64,000 nt of DNA from the NCBI GenBank assembly GCA_965153285.1, contig OZ229125.1. One strand, 5' to 3'. Made by a program: the position numbers and the translations under genes. The notes beneath the pieces are model-generated. The model ran no database searches, had not been told where the DNA came from, and saw only the letters and a list, made by a program, of their open reading frames with translations. Positions 32,191 through 44,010 of this stretch are shown here, one piece after another. The number at the start of each line of letters is the position of its first letter. The stretch's first letter is position 1. The stretch comes from Podarcis tiliguerta. Taxonomy: Eukaryota.

Positions 32191-35100
32191 AATCGCCTTC
32201 CTGAACTAACCTGGGACCATAGCCCTTGATGAGTGACGCCCAATAAGACATTATTCTCCCTGGCATGAAGAATGCCAAGGTGACATTGTGTGCTGCTGCA
32301 AGAACTGGACTGAGGCAAGATCCAAGCAGCCCCTTCTGCCCCTTTTTTGTTTCTGTGTTATGCTCTCAGTGCTCCTTATTTCATGGTGAAGTCTGAGCAA
32401 CTTAAGTGCTGGGGAGGCATTTGTGCCAAGCAGCAATTTTGAGTTCTTATTTCTAAAATTAGAAGCTTTCAAATGATATAAAGCATTTTTCAAACATTTG
32501 TTAATGACTAAAACGATGTCAGAATCATGTTGTAAACTAATTATGCTTGATCCCCAGTGGTGCATAAATGTAGGCTGCTTTTATATCCTTTTATAAAAGA
32601 GGCTTTATTCGCAAAGCCTGTACGGTGTCTTTAGATACACAAACTCCTCCAGAAAGCTGCTGGAATCTCACACAGGGGCAGTAAATTTCTTTCCAGCCTT
32701 TTCCTGGCCTCCCCAGTGTTTTTTGTGGAGGATATTTAGCAAGCACACTCTAAAATAGAAGCATGCTGCTTCAGGCTCCTAACTGATGAGCAATTCTATA
32801 GCTGATCAATCCATATGCACAAGAAATTGTGGCCTGTGAAATAGTTGGTTATTTTCACATTCTGTGCTAACAAGTGCCACTCCTTTTAAGCCTCTGTAAG
32901 GATATTAGAGAAAGTGAAATGGAGCAGTGTTGAGGAAATTACAGCCAGTGAAAGGTTCTTAAGGTTACTTCTTACTGGGTAATACCAATTAACAATATCT
33001 AAACCACATAATCCTTTCCTGCATACATGACTATTAAAAGCAGCCTTGCTAACATACTGTGCTTCTGACTTTGATTTGGCTGCATTCAATAACTTCCTCA
33101 AAGCACAGTCCAGCAGCAGCTTCTGTTGGGTGCCCCATCTGCACAAGACCACAGTGCTGTGTTCTCTGTTAAGTAATTGTTTTTTTAAATGATGTGGCCT
33201 TCCCTTTCACAAGGGTGGCTAGCCTGCAGCCCTCCAGACGTTGCACTCTCAACTCCTATCATCCGTAATTGACTCCTTTAGCTTGAAGCAGATGGAAGTT
33301 GCAACATCTGGAGAGCCATGGCTCCCCACCCTCCTCTTTTGAATCACAGAAGAATTTTAAAGACCCAACGTGTCTTGGTCATCTGCTGAAAACTCTACTA
33401 ATACTACCAAAGATCAGGATGGAAAAGTAAGTTGCCTTCAAGGAAACATGAAGGTAATGAATTAGTGGTTGTTGATACTGTTATAGGGTTTTTGTGAATG
33501 GAGATACAACATTACCTGTACACATTCTTGAACACAGGATGCCAGATGCACGTTGATACAAAGAGATACTTTCAGATAAGGGAATAGTGCTGGTACAATG
33601 GAAATGTATTGCTTTCTCTTTAAACAGAAGAAGCACCACTCTTCCCCCCCTTTCCACAAACCGTTTTGGAAATTGGAGGAGAATGTCTAAAATCACCCTT
33701 TGGTTCACACAGTTGGTTCACGATTCCAGGCCCAGTAGATAAATGAAAGGGAACAATGGCTTGTCAAAATCAGTTTGTGGCTAAGATGAGATTTGAATTG
33801 GGGCCTTTCCCTGTTTGTGATGCCACTCCAGCTCTTGTGATCACCCACCACCAGTAAAACCAGGCACACAATTATTTGCTAGACAAGCTGCTGATTTTCA
33901 ATGTGTGGGCATTCTTATTTTTGGGGGAGGGGGAACTATCTTAACTGGAACATGTAAATTAGTTGTCCATTGTTATTTATATAGTACCATTACATTACAA
34001 TGGTTCATAAAACTCATAAACAAGGAAGAAAACACTCTAGTCCTTGTCCTGTGATTTTAAAAATTATTTCACTTATGAACTACTTCCTATGAGGCATCCC
34101 ACAGTAAAACAATTTTTTTTAAAAAAAAACAGTTGCACATGTAAAAGCAGTTGTTGTATATATGAAATGAAAACAGTTTAAAACAAGAATAGCACATAGT
34201 TCAAATCAATTCAGATCCAATGCTGATAAAGAGCTCCAGCTAGACATTTTGCTGGTTGAAATTTTACTAGTGGTGTAATGAATATACATGCAAATACAGT
34301 GAGTTCTTTGCCACCCTTTACACACCCTCTCATAATGTCAGTCTTTATAAACGGAAAGGAGAATGAGGAAGACAGCTCATCACATCATTTTGGAAGAAGA
34401 CTTAAGAAAAACAGTACATAAAAGGGACTGCTGAGAGGTCCTGGGGAGAGTGGAATTCAGCTAGTGGGACTGCTGCTAGTGAAGAATGACGAGGCCAGGG
34501 TTCCTGCTCCCGTCATAGTTGTGTGGAAGAGGAAATATGCATCCAGCTGCCTTGTACTCTGGCCTCTTTCAGCTCACCTGCAGGAGACCATACAAAAAGG
34601 AGTGTGCCTATGTCCTAATACTACCAAAGATTCAGGATGGAAAAGGTTGTTGATACTGTTATAGGGTTCTTGTGAATGGAGATACAACATTACCGTTGAC
34701 CCAGAAGACACTTAGACCAAGGACAGGGAACCTTTTTGGATGAGCAGCCCACCCCTGCAGACCTATTTTTGATGGGTGGGACAACCCACCTGTCTTTGGC
34801 CTGACTTAGTGACACCAGATGATTGTCTAGCAGATTAAGCCCACTCACATGTAAGAAGGCCTTCAAGCACTGATCTTTAAGTGCCTTGACAGCCAGCCTG
34901 GGAACCACACTGCACAGTCATAGGTGTCAGGCCGCCAGAGCTGCTGGTTGTGCAACTGAGTTCCCACTGCAGGTGTTTGACGAGGAGAAGAACAAGACAT
35001 TAGCCACAATTCATCTGTATCCCATAGTTCCATGAGAACTGCTGTTGATTGATGTGTTTTCCTTCAAACCAGCCTCCCTCTGGTTTGAAAACACAAGCTG

Positions 35101-37024
35101 TAGTTAAGCTGGCGTGTGCATTTTATGCAACCACTGCACAGTGCAATGGCAGTGTGGCATAGTGGTTAGAGTGTCAGGCTAGGACCTGGGAGCCCAGGGT
35201 TTGACACTCACTGAGTGACCTTGGGCCAGACACTGCCTCTCAGCCTAACCTGCCTCACAGGGTAGTGGTTGTGGGGGAGAACCACATAAATGACATTGAG
35301 CTCCTTAGAGAAAATGGTGGGATATAAATGCAATAAATAAATACATTTAAGTGGTGTTCAGGGCTAGGGGTTGCTGGCATGGAAAAACACAGCAGGTCAT
35401 GTGCATCACCCCTGCCTTCGTCTTGGGTGCACAACGCTCTCCTAAAAAGAAACCTGAAATGCTGCTGGAGGGGCAACGGTTAATGTGTCTTGAGTCTGCT
35501 CTTAAAACAAATGATATTAATTGAATTGCAGGCTGCTGGGCTTTCTCCAGGGAGCTGGGTTTGGATCTTCGATTTCTGTAAGCCTTTTAGAACAGGTGAG
35601 GCTAATAGAAGTCTCCCTTGAGGCTAATATTCCTGAAAAACAATACAATACTGGTGGGTGGTTTGCACTGTCGATAAGCACTCGCTCCTAATGTCTCTAG
35701 ACTAGCTACCTCCAGAGCTGCTAATGATGGATTTAATAGCTTTTTAATGCTCTACACGGAAGGAGCGTTGGAAATTTCACTGCAGCTGGTGACGGATGTT
35801 TATATCATGAAATCCATCATTAAAATTACTGCCAGCCTTCCCTTCTCCCTCCAGCACAGCAGCAGAGAGGGCCTTAATGGACTTGCAAAGGCACTTTCCC
35901 TTGTCGCAGAATCAGCGGCTTTCTAAATCTTTCCGTAAGGCTCCAAGGTGGACACCTGGCCCAGGACTGTCTGAGCACTGCCACGTCAAGCAACAACCTC
36001 CCAAAACCAAAGCCAAATAGCTAATAAGAAAACAAAACTAAACACCTACTGATGACAAATGTATATATTCCTTCAGCAAATAAATGTGAATCCTTGGCTG
36101 TGCTTATTGGAACCTTAAAGAGAAACCCTTCTATATAAGATAGGGGCGGAAAACCTCCTGTCTAGGACTAAATGCTCCCCTACAAGTTGTCTCCCAAGGC
36201 CCACACCTTCTCCCTCGGGGCCCCGCTGCTAACGGGCCTTGCTTCTCACCTTCTCATCGGGTGCCTTTGCCTGTCATGTTATTGTCCTGGTTTCATTTTC
36301 TTGCTTGAGCTCAGAGAAGCAGCGGGGAGACTGATGGGACTTAATTCCAACAGTAACCTGCCAAAGGTGGATCTAAGGCAGTACAACCTGTTTGGGTGCA
36401 CCAGGCACAGTGATTCTGGGATGCTGCAGCAGGATCTGCAACCATGAAGTCCAACAGAAGGCAAGAGGGCTGCCAGATTTTGGCGTTGCACAGGGTGCCG
36501 CTGGAGTTGGTGATGCCAAGGTTTGCCACTGAACCTGGGACAGGTAAATGGAACAAATTGTGAATGTACACAACTGCGGTCACTTTAAATCTAAATAATA
36601 AATGAATTAGGTATATGGGTTTATTCAAAAGGATTAATGTACCCAGCATTTCTGTTTTACAGTCCACCAGGAGAGAAGGGCTGTAGCTCAGTAACAGAGC
36701 AGAGGCTTTATTTGTACAAGGTCCCAGGATCAATCCCTGGCTGATATGGCAGCTGCTCTTACTAAATTCCTGCCTGAAACGCTGGAGAGATGCTGCTGGC
36801 AGTCTCTTAAAAAAGCTCCACCCCAGGAGCCGGCAGGGGCTGCTACGCTGCTGTCTCACAGGGTTGTTGTGAAGATAAAACAGGGATGGGGAGAACGGCA
36901 TATGCTGCCTTATGCTCCTTGGCGGAAAGTTGGGATATAAATGTGATGAATGATTATGATGGGATGATGTTGAGACTGTGGCAGTTTGCTGAATAAATAG
37001 AAGAGCTAAGATACGGTTCACAAC

Positions 37025-37191
37025 TGTAAAACAAGAAAATCCTTAATAAAATATTTTTTTTTTAAAAAGAAGTGCAGATATCCAACAGTTCCTAGTTCTA
37101 GCCAAGGCATGTTGTGATACTCTGCTTCCATATTTGTAAATAAACAGAGAAATACACCATGATTCTAGTGCACTGCAAAAAAAAAAAAAAA
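37025..37191 (+). mobile_element. Polyadenylated retro-insertion with a 17-bp TSD (L1-type TPRT product)
   Basis: AAGATACGGTTCACAAC at 37008-37024 and 37192-37208; AATAAA at 37045 and 37139; A-run from 37177. Confidence 0.9.
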
Positions 37192-39754
37192 AAGATACGG
37201 TTCACAACAATTAGCCATTATGTTATTCTAGCACTCTGGTTTTATTTTATTTTTTAAGTGTCAGCATGCACATGTGTGTGTGTTTGTGTGCGCATGCGCA
37301 CCAGCGCACTTTAAAGAGTGAAAAACCACTGAAATGCTTGAAATTACATTAATGGAAAATATAACCACTCTGTTCTGTTCTGTAATTTGATGTTTAATTG
37401 TGATGTTATTTACATGTATTGAATTATTATAATATAAAATAGATAGAGAAAAACATACCCAAACTTCAAAATTCCTTCTGCCACCTACAATTACAGGTAA
37501 GTGCGCATCTTCCTTCCTATTGCTTCCTGATTAACAGCTGGTAAACTGTGGGCCAGACTCCGGAAAAATTGAATAGAAAGTGAGAGAGGGGGAGGAGGAG
37601 AACCGGTTAGATTTCTAAGAGTTTACCAGAGAACAGAAAGTACTATTGCATCAAAGCCAGCTTGGCTAGCAGACAGAGGCAAGCAACCCACAGTGTGCTT
37701 TCAGGAGTTTGGAACATTTCCCAGCTGGGATCCCAGGCTTAGGAAGAGTTTAGCAGCTGGCAGGAATTGGATGATTCTATTGGCAGCCAATCCAGAAACC
37801 TGGCACTGATAGAGGCTGTGCAAAACCCCAGATCAGGTAGGGGATTTAGTTTCATGGAGCTTTAAGAAATGCTATCGCCTCAATGAGCTATTTCTTTTCA
37901 TCCCAGCATAACCAACCGCCCCATTTGTCAATCAACAGACAGCACTTTATTGACTATACCGTCATAATAAATACCTTATATACAGCTGTTCTTGCTCCAC
38001 AGTTGTGGTACTCCCTTCCTTTCTAAAGGACTGCCCAAGTTAAAAAAAGGGGGGGAGCGGGGGGGGGCATACAATTTACTTTTCAGACTGGCATTCAGAA
38101 GTCTAAAGTCAGGGAGGCTGAGCATAAAAAAAAGTATAACCAAGTGTTTATAGGATACAATGCATGTGTTTTACCTGTTATTAAAAAAGCCCTGGGGAAT
38201 GGGCCACCTAGAAATTTAATTAAGTGATTTATTAGCTTCTTATGCACAGAGATTGGCCGGGAAGATCCACTGAGGATGTTGTGTTGGAAACAATGGTAGC
38301 TGGTGCATGTTAGAATCAAGAGGGCAGAAGGCAGGCAACCCAAATGGTAGGTGGAGCCAGAGACAATGAAAGACAGAGTCAACTATACGCACCTTGCAGC
38401 TTGGGTGAATTGGATTGAAAAGATCACTTACAGTTTATGGAGGTCAAAGGCTTTATTCATGCAGGAACTATTTACAGGATGAGTGACAGACCAGGCCCAC
38501 TGGTGAGGCACCTGCTTTGAGCAGAGAAAGCAAGGTGAGGTACCTGCCTCTGCCACCCTCCCCACTGCCTCTACTGCCAGTAGTGGCACCAGTTGCTGGA
38601 GAGATCTTTCAATATCTAGCTGGAAGCCAGTGCCACTGCTAGTGTTTCACAAATGTTTCCATGCAGCACAGTTAAGACAGGTCGGTGGCAGGACGTCAGT
38701 GAAGGGTGATGATTGCAGAGGGCACCAGCATGTTCCCATTTGACTTAAAGTGGTGAAACAGAATGTGCCGTCCCTGCTAAGTGAAGATAAGAAGAAGAAA
38801 ATAGTAGATATGTTGTCTCAACAAGTTGGGAGAGAACAATACACAAAGGGGCTCAGCCTTTTAGGGGTGGAGTTAACTTAGAGAGGCTACAAGCAAGTGC
38901 TGGCTAAAATCCAGGAGAGCCATCATAAACAATATGGCCGTAAAAGTCTAGGATCCAATCTTAGGCCTTGCCTGAGGCAGGAGCCTGTTCTGCTACTGTG
39001 ATGACCATTCTCAATGCCTCCATTTATTCTCTGTTCACACAAGGTTTGAAGTATCTAGATTGGGAGCCTCAATATTAAAGAATTCTTGCTGTGTGGCTCT
39101 TTCTAAGCAGACTGTCCAAAGGGTTGCCATGGTATTCTCCTCTCTGAAATGAACATTTGAATCCAAGGAAGAGGAGAGAAAGATGAAACTATTTGCAATT
39201 AAGAATTAGCATCAGCCAAATGACCTCTAAATTTGATCCCTTTCCATGGAACAACAATACCATAATAAGGATACTGCAAGTCAAGGTGGGGTGGGGGATA
39301 GTGTTCAACACTTCAATGCCTCTCTGGCTACTGAATTGCAAAACACCAACTTAACTTTGCAGTATGTTTAGAGGAGGGAATGTTTTGGGAACGCTTTATT
39401 CCCACTCCATACCCATTTGCTGCTCTCTCTGCCAAGGATTATCATTGGCCATGACAACAATGGTGAGAATCACCTCGGATTATTTAGCTTACTTCTTAGC
39501 TGCAAGGGCCAGGAAGATTTGATCCTTTAACCCCTAACTGTGATAATTGGCAGCAATGAAAAGGACAAGAAAAATACAAATGTAGTTGGGTGTATGTGCA
39601 AAACTATGCGCATTGAGGCAAAAATAAAAATGACGTCTATGACAATGGGGGTCTGAGCAGGCAGGTTCTCACTGAGCACAAAAGGGATTGTGGGGTCAGG
39701 GTAGGCAGGTCAATAAAAGTGTTGAGCCAGTGTGAGGCAGCTGTGCCAAAAGGC

Positions 39755-40476
39755 AACAACAACAACAACAATCTTTATTACGGTCTAGAGACCCAACAAA
39801 ACATTGCAAATCAATACACAGTTCATACAGCCTACCTCCAGGTTAATTAAGCATTTTGTTTAAAATATAGGGCTCATTTGTTCTTGCAACCACCGATAAA
39901 AACTTTGCCACTGCCAACGTTCTAGCTTTTGTCCGGTCTTCCAGTAGGAACCTGACATAGTGAGCCTCTGATTTTCCTGGGAAAGGTACCAGCAAGGGTA
40001 GTATCAGTTCAGCCCTGGCCTGCTCATACTTCTCATAATGCAACAAAATATGATTTATGGAACAAAATATGATTTATGGATTCTTGAGCACATGAGCAAA
40101 GTCTGTCCTGGTAGGGAACTCCTCTCAACCTACCATCCAGCACTGCAGAGGGGAAGACATTTAGTCTGGCTTTGGTGAAAAGCCTTTGATAGTTAGGTAC
40201 TGTCAGGTTTTTGATGGAAGATGTTAACTTAAAGACATACCCATATTGAACTCCTACTGCCAGCGGACTACAGACTGCGTGTGATCGAGATCGCAAGTCA
40301 CTGTGTGCATTGTCCCATAATCTTTGCTTTAAAACCTTTTGGGTGCCTTCATAACCCAGGTAATACAGTTGGGGGGGAGACAGACCAATAGAGGTGGCTT
40401 TTTTAGCCATGGCTTGGAAAAAGGCAAATTCCATGCCAGGGATCATTAGAAAAGGGATGAAAAATGCATCTGCCAA
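39755..40476 (-). mobile_element. RTE-X-like LINE 3' fragment (ORF C-terminus and 3' tail), inserted in an old CR1
   Basis: FTKARLNVFPSAVLDGRLRGVPYQDRLCSC...ESINHIL; frameshifted by a 19-bp tandem duplication (40042-40079); AATAAAG plus (TTG)n tail. Confidence 0.72.
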
Positions 40477-40502
40477 TGTTGCAATGCCAAGACTAATGCA
40501 AT

Positions 40503-40625
40503 CACACTTGAAATACTATGTACAGTTCTGGTCGCTGCACCTTAAAGAGGATATTTCAGAACTAGGAATGTAGAAAAGGGTCTCTAAAATGGCTGAAGGT
40601 CTGAAGCAAATCTCCTATGGCGAAA
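40503..40625 (+). mobile_element. CR1 ORF2 fragment (with an upstream piece at ~39722-39756)
   Basis: HLKYYVQFWSLHLKEDI resembles CR1 PHLEYCVQFWSP.LKKDI. Confidence 0.7.
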
Positions 40626-40931
40626 CAGGATGGAGATAAAATCACTAGGAAGCTGATTGTAAGGATTAGACAATATATGTGTGAATTGCTTTGAACAGTC
40701 TGGTATGCCTTATATATTCTACGTGGGGGGTATTGGTTTTGTTTGTTATTGTGTTATGTATATTTGTGTTTAATATTCTAAACTGCCCTGTGATCCTTGG
40801 GTGAAGGATGGTATAGAAATGTAATAAATAAGCATAACACAACTTGTGCAAGGAAGCCGGTAAAACGTGGGTTGAACAAGGTAACTACTAGGTAGATTTG
40901 TAGCCGGTTGACTGACTGAACCCAAAGAATG

Positions 40932-41445
40932 CATAGCTGTCAAGTGTCCCTTATTTGGTGGGAAAGTCCCTTATCCCAGCGACGTGTCCCGCTGCTGTCC
41001 CTTATTGATGATGTCCCTTAAATTTCCCGGGTTTCAAAGGAAGCAGCTCCTCTCCCTCCCTCCCTGCCGGCCAGGGAGGCTCCAACTGTGTTGCTTGGCT
41101 GCGTTGCTCGCCCAATAAAGAGTCTAAGAACGACTCGGGGGTGGAGCTTGCATGCCTTGTGCCGATCAAATCAGCCGCCTTGCCTAGGGACTCGCCTTTG
41201 CTCAGCGCTTCCCAGCGGAGAGGGGACGGTGGTTTTCCTTGCTGTATCCCTTTGCCGGGTTGCTGCGCTGTGGGAACCACCACTTGAGGCTTCGTTTGGC
41301 TGCTGGCTGGTTTTTCTGCCTTTGGCTCAGAGGGGCTCAGAAGTCGAACATACCTGCGCTCTGAAAATCCCTTATTTTGGCTGCTGATCCCTTATTTCCA
41401 AGGCTGCTGGTCCCTTATTTTCAAATCTGTAAGTTGACAGCTATG
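40932..41445. mobile_element. hAT MITE (CATAGCTGTCAA TIRs), sibling of 21045-21603
   Basis: Same TIRs; the first ~230 bp and last ~37 bp are shared; no clean TSD. Confidence 0.85.
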
Positions 41446-43407
41446 CAAATTGTGCCTGTCTTTATCCTGCTCTTCCCCTCCTTGCAATGCTGCGTCTTTC
41501 CTCCCTGCTGTCCAGAGCCTTGACCTGGGGGGCCACCAGCTGATCCATGAGGGGCATCTTCGCTTGCACACCACCCAGAGGAAGACTGTGGGTCAGTGAC
41601 TGGCCAAAGCCGGCCCTCTTGGTGGGGAGGGGGATGCGCTTCCTTTGAACAGGAATCCCAGTGGGGAGGGGCTGTGGCTTAATGGAGAGTTGGCAAGAGG
41701 GAGCTGGGTGCATCAAGGGAAGGGAAGCCAGGAAACAACACCATCTCTCTCTTAGGCCTTCGCGTGCTGCTCTTCACGGACCTGGTGGTGCTTCTGGAAT
41801 GCCACGGGGAGGGGGCACAGAGCCCCTCCTTCAGCCCCATCCTCCCTCTGAATAGGGTCCTCCTCTGTCCCACGGCCACAGGTAAGAAGGGAAGCCACAC
41901 AACCATATTCCTCCTCACTTAAACATGCAAAGCTGCACAGGCCAGCCCTGCTGTGTGGATGTTTCTTCCATCTTGTCTCTCTTCTCTGCATTGCTGCACC
42001 TGGGCCCACACTCCTGGGGTGTGTGTGTGTATCATTCTTAACTACCTGCCCTTCACTCACAGGTCCCAGCCACGGGCAGAGAAAGGGGGGTGCGGTCTGC
42101 TCCAGGTGCCATCCTGGGGGGGGGGGGGAATCGCCGCAGCCCCCCATGCTCACTGCGCCCCCCATACGCTCACTGCAGGCAGCGGGAGGCTAGCAGCACC
42201 CCAACACTCACCACACGGGCGGTGGGCAGCTAGGGAGCTCCGGTCCACTCTGGGTGCTGGAGCAGGTAGCTCCGCCTCTGCTCCCAGGTTGGGTTACAGC
42301 AATGAAATTAGTTTAAAACAACCTACTAGCACAGAAACAGGATGCATAGTTTATGAAACACCTTAAGGGTCAACAGCCCAGGTAAAGACATAGCTACCCA
42401 CACTAGCTCAGAGTTGCGTTGGAACCCCCTGGAGAAAGATGCTGCTGGAGAGCCACTCAGCTCTTCTCCTTTAGAAAGTCTCTCTGTCTCTCTCCTCCCC
42501 TCCCTTTTCCTGGCAAGTGGCTGGAGGATCTGGAGGGGGTCACAAAGAACACCTGCAGGCAGCCCCCCCAAGGCCCAACTGCACCTTCCAGGTGAGGGAG
42601 ACCTCCACCCCTGATGTTTCCTTCTGAACTCAGGGGGGGCGAAGGGCTAGTTGCACCACACACTCCACCAATGGACATATTTGCTCCTCTTTTTTAGGAT
42701 GCTGGTGCTGGTCCAACATCATGCTGTTTCCATTCCTGTGACTTCAAGGAGAAGGAGCCAGAGTGGGGTTCCTGGTGAGTTGTTGGAGGTGGCCGGGTGG
42801 GTGATGATGGTGGCAGCCTCAGTGGTCAAAGTCTGAGGGTGGCAAGGCATGATGGAAGTATCCTACCCTCCTCCCCCTCCTCCTAAGATCTGGGAGGGGT
42901 CAAAGCCCCCTGCCCCCCATTGGCTTCTTCCTCTTTTGGGCCTTGGTGGAATGCCTGCTTCCTTGAAGTTGCTTCCTTTCTCCCCTCCCCAGACAGTAAA
43001 ATGGTACCCCACCTCTGCCATGCCTGAAATTAAACTGCTGGTGGGAGGAGGACAAGAATGACAGTGAGGAGGATGAAGAGCATGAAGATGACAAGGAGGA
43101 GAACCAGGAGGAGGAGGCAGAGGCCTTGGTCAGGCAACTGCTGCAGGATGGCGAGGCTTATTTTCTGTCGCATTTCTGCCTCTTTCTGTGACATTTATAT
43201 GATGCTTTTGGGTGGTCTTTGGCTAAGGGTTTGGGCAATTTCTAAGCCATTAAAGTATGTTACACACCTTTGTTCTGGGTCCTCACCCGCAGCGGTGGTG
43301 GGGACTCTATTGCAGCAGAAAAAAATAGTATCTGCCTTGCTTTGACTGCTTCCTGCCTCCATCAATTCTTCTCTGACTAATCAGAGGGGTAGAAAGCTAT
43401 GGATGGT

Positions 43408-43628
43408 AGAAGAAGAAGAGTTTGGATTTGATATCCCGCCTTTCACTCCCCTTCGGGAGTCTCAAAGCGGCTCACATTCTCCTTTCCCTTCCTCCCCCGC
43501 AGCAAACGCTCTGTGAGGTGAGTGAGGCTGAGAGACTTCAGTATGACTAGCCCAAGGTCACCCAGCAGCTGCATGTGGAGGAGCGGAGACATTGAACCCG
43601 GTTCCCCAGATTATGAGACTACCGCTCT
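43408..43628 (-). mobile_element. Squam3-type SINE
   Basis: Highly similar to 14662-14890. Confidence 0.8.
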
Positions 43629-43840
43629 GGTGTGAGTTTTCCTCCAATTTGCATAATACTAGAATCCAGGGTCACAGAGTTCTACAGTGTTAACAACAGA
43701 TCCATTTAAAGCACATCCAACAAGGTGGATGTACAGGTTACAGAGGCCATACCTCATACGGCTTGCAATTATTAAAACTAACAAAGCAAGTCTTGGTCAA
43801 ACAGTTAAAATACAGCTGCAAAAAAAGAAAAGAAAAAAGA

Positions 43841-44010
43841 ATTCCTTGATTCATGTGGGTACAAATAATACTGCCACACACAGCCTGCAACGCACAGCAA
43901 GGGACCGTGAGACCCTGGGCAGGGAGCCAAAGGGACTTGGGCCACAGGTGGTTTTTTCATCACTCCTTCCTGTTGAAGGTCGTAGCCCAGGAAGAGAGAG
44001 GAAAATACTC
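43841..44010 (+). mobile_element. CR1 ORF1 esterase (SGNH) domain fragment
   Basis: LIHVGTNNT...LGREPKGLGPQVVFSSLLPVEGRSPGRERKIL matches the CR1 ORF1 IHVGTND and AQVVFSSILPV motifs. Confidence 0.75.

Noticed and set aside
33427-33465. 39-nt GT-AG segment as a true intron
   Set aside because: Below the usual vertebrate minimum intron size, no pyrimidine tract, and the junction in the duplicate is 1 nt off.
36341-37021. 226-aa minus-strand ORF
   Set aside because: Non-ATG start, runs through SINE remnants, no protein-like composition or splice support.
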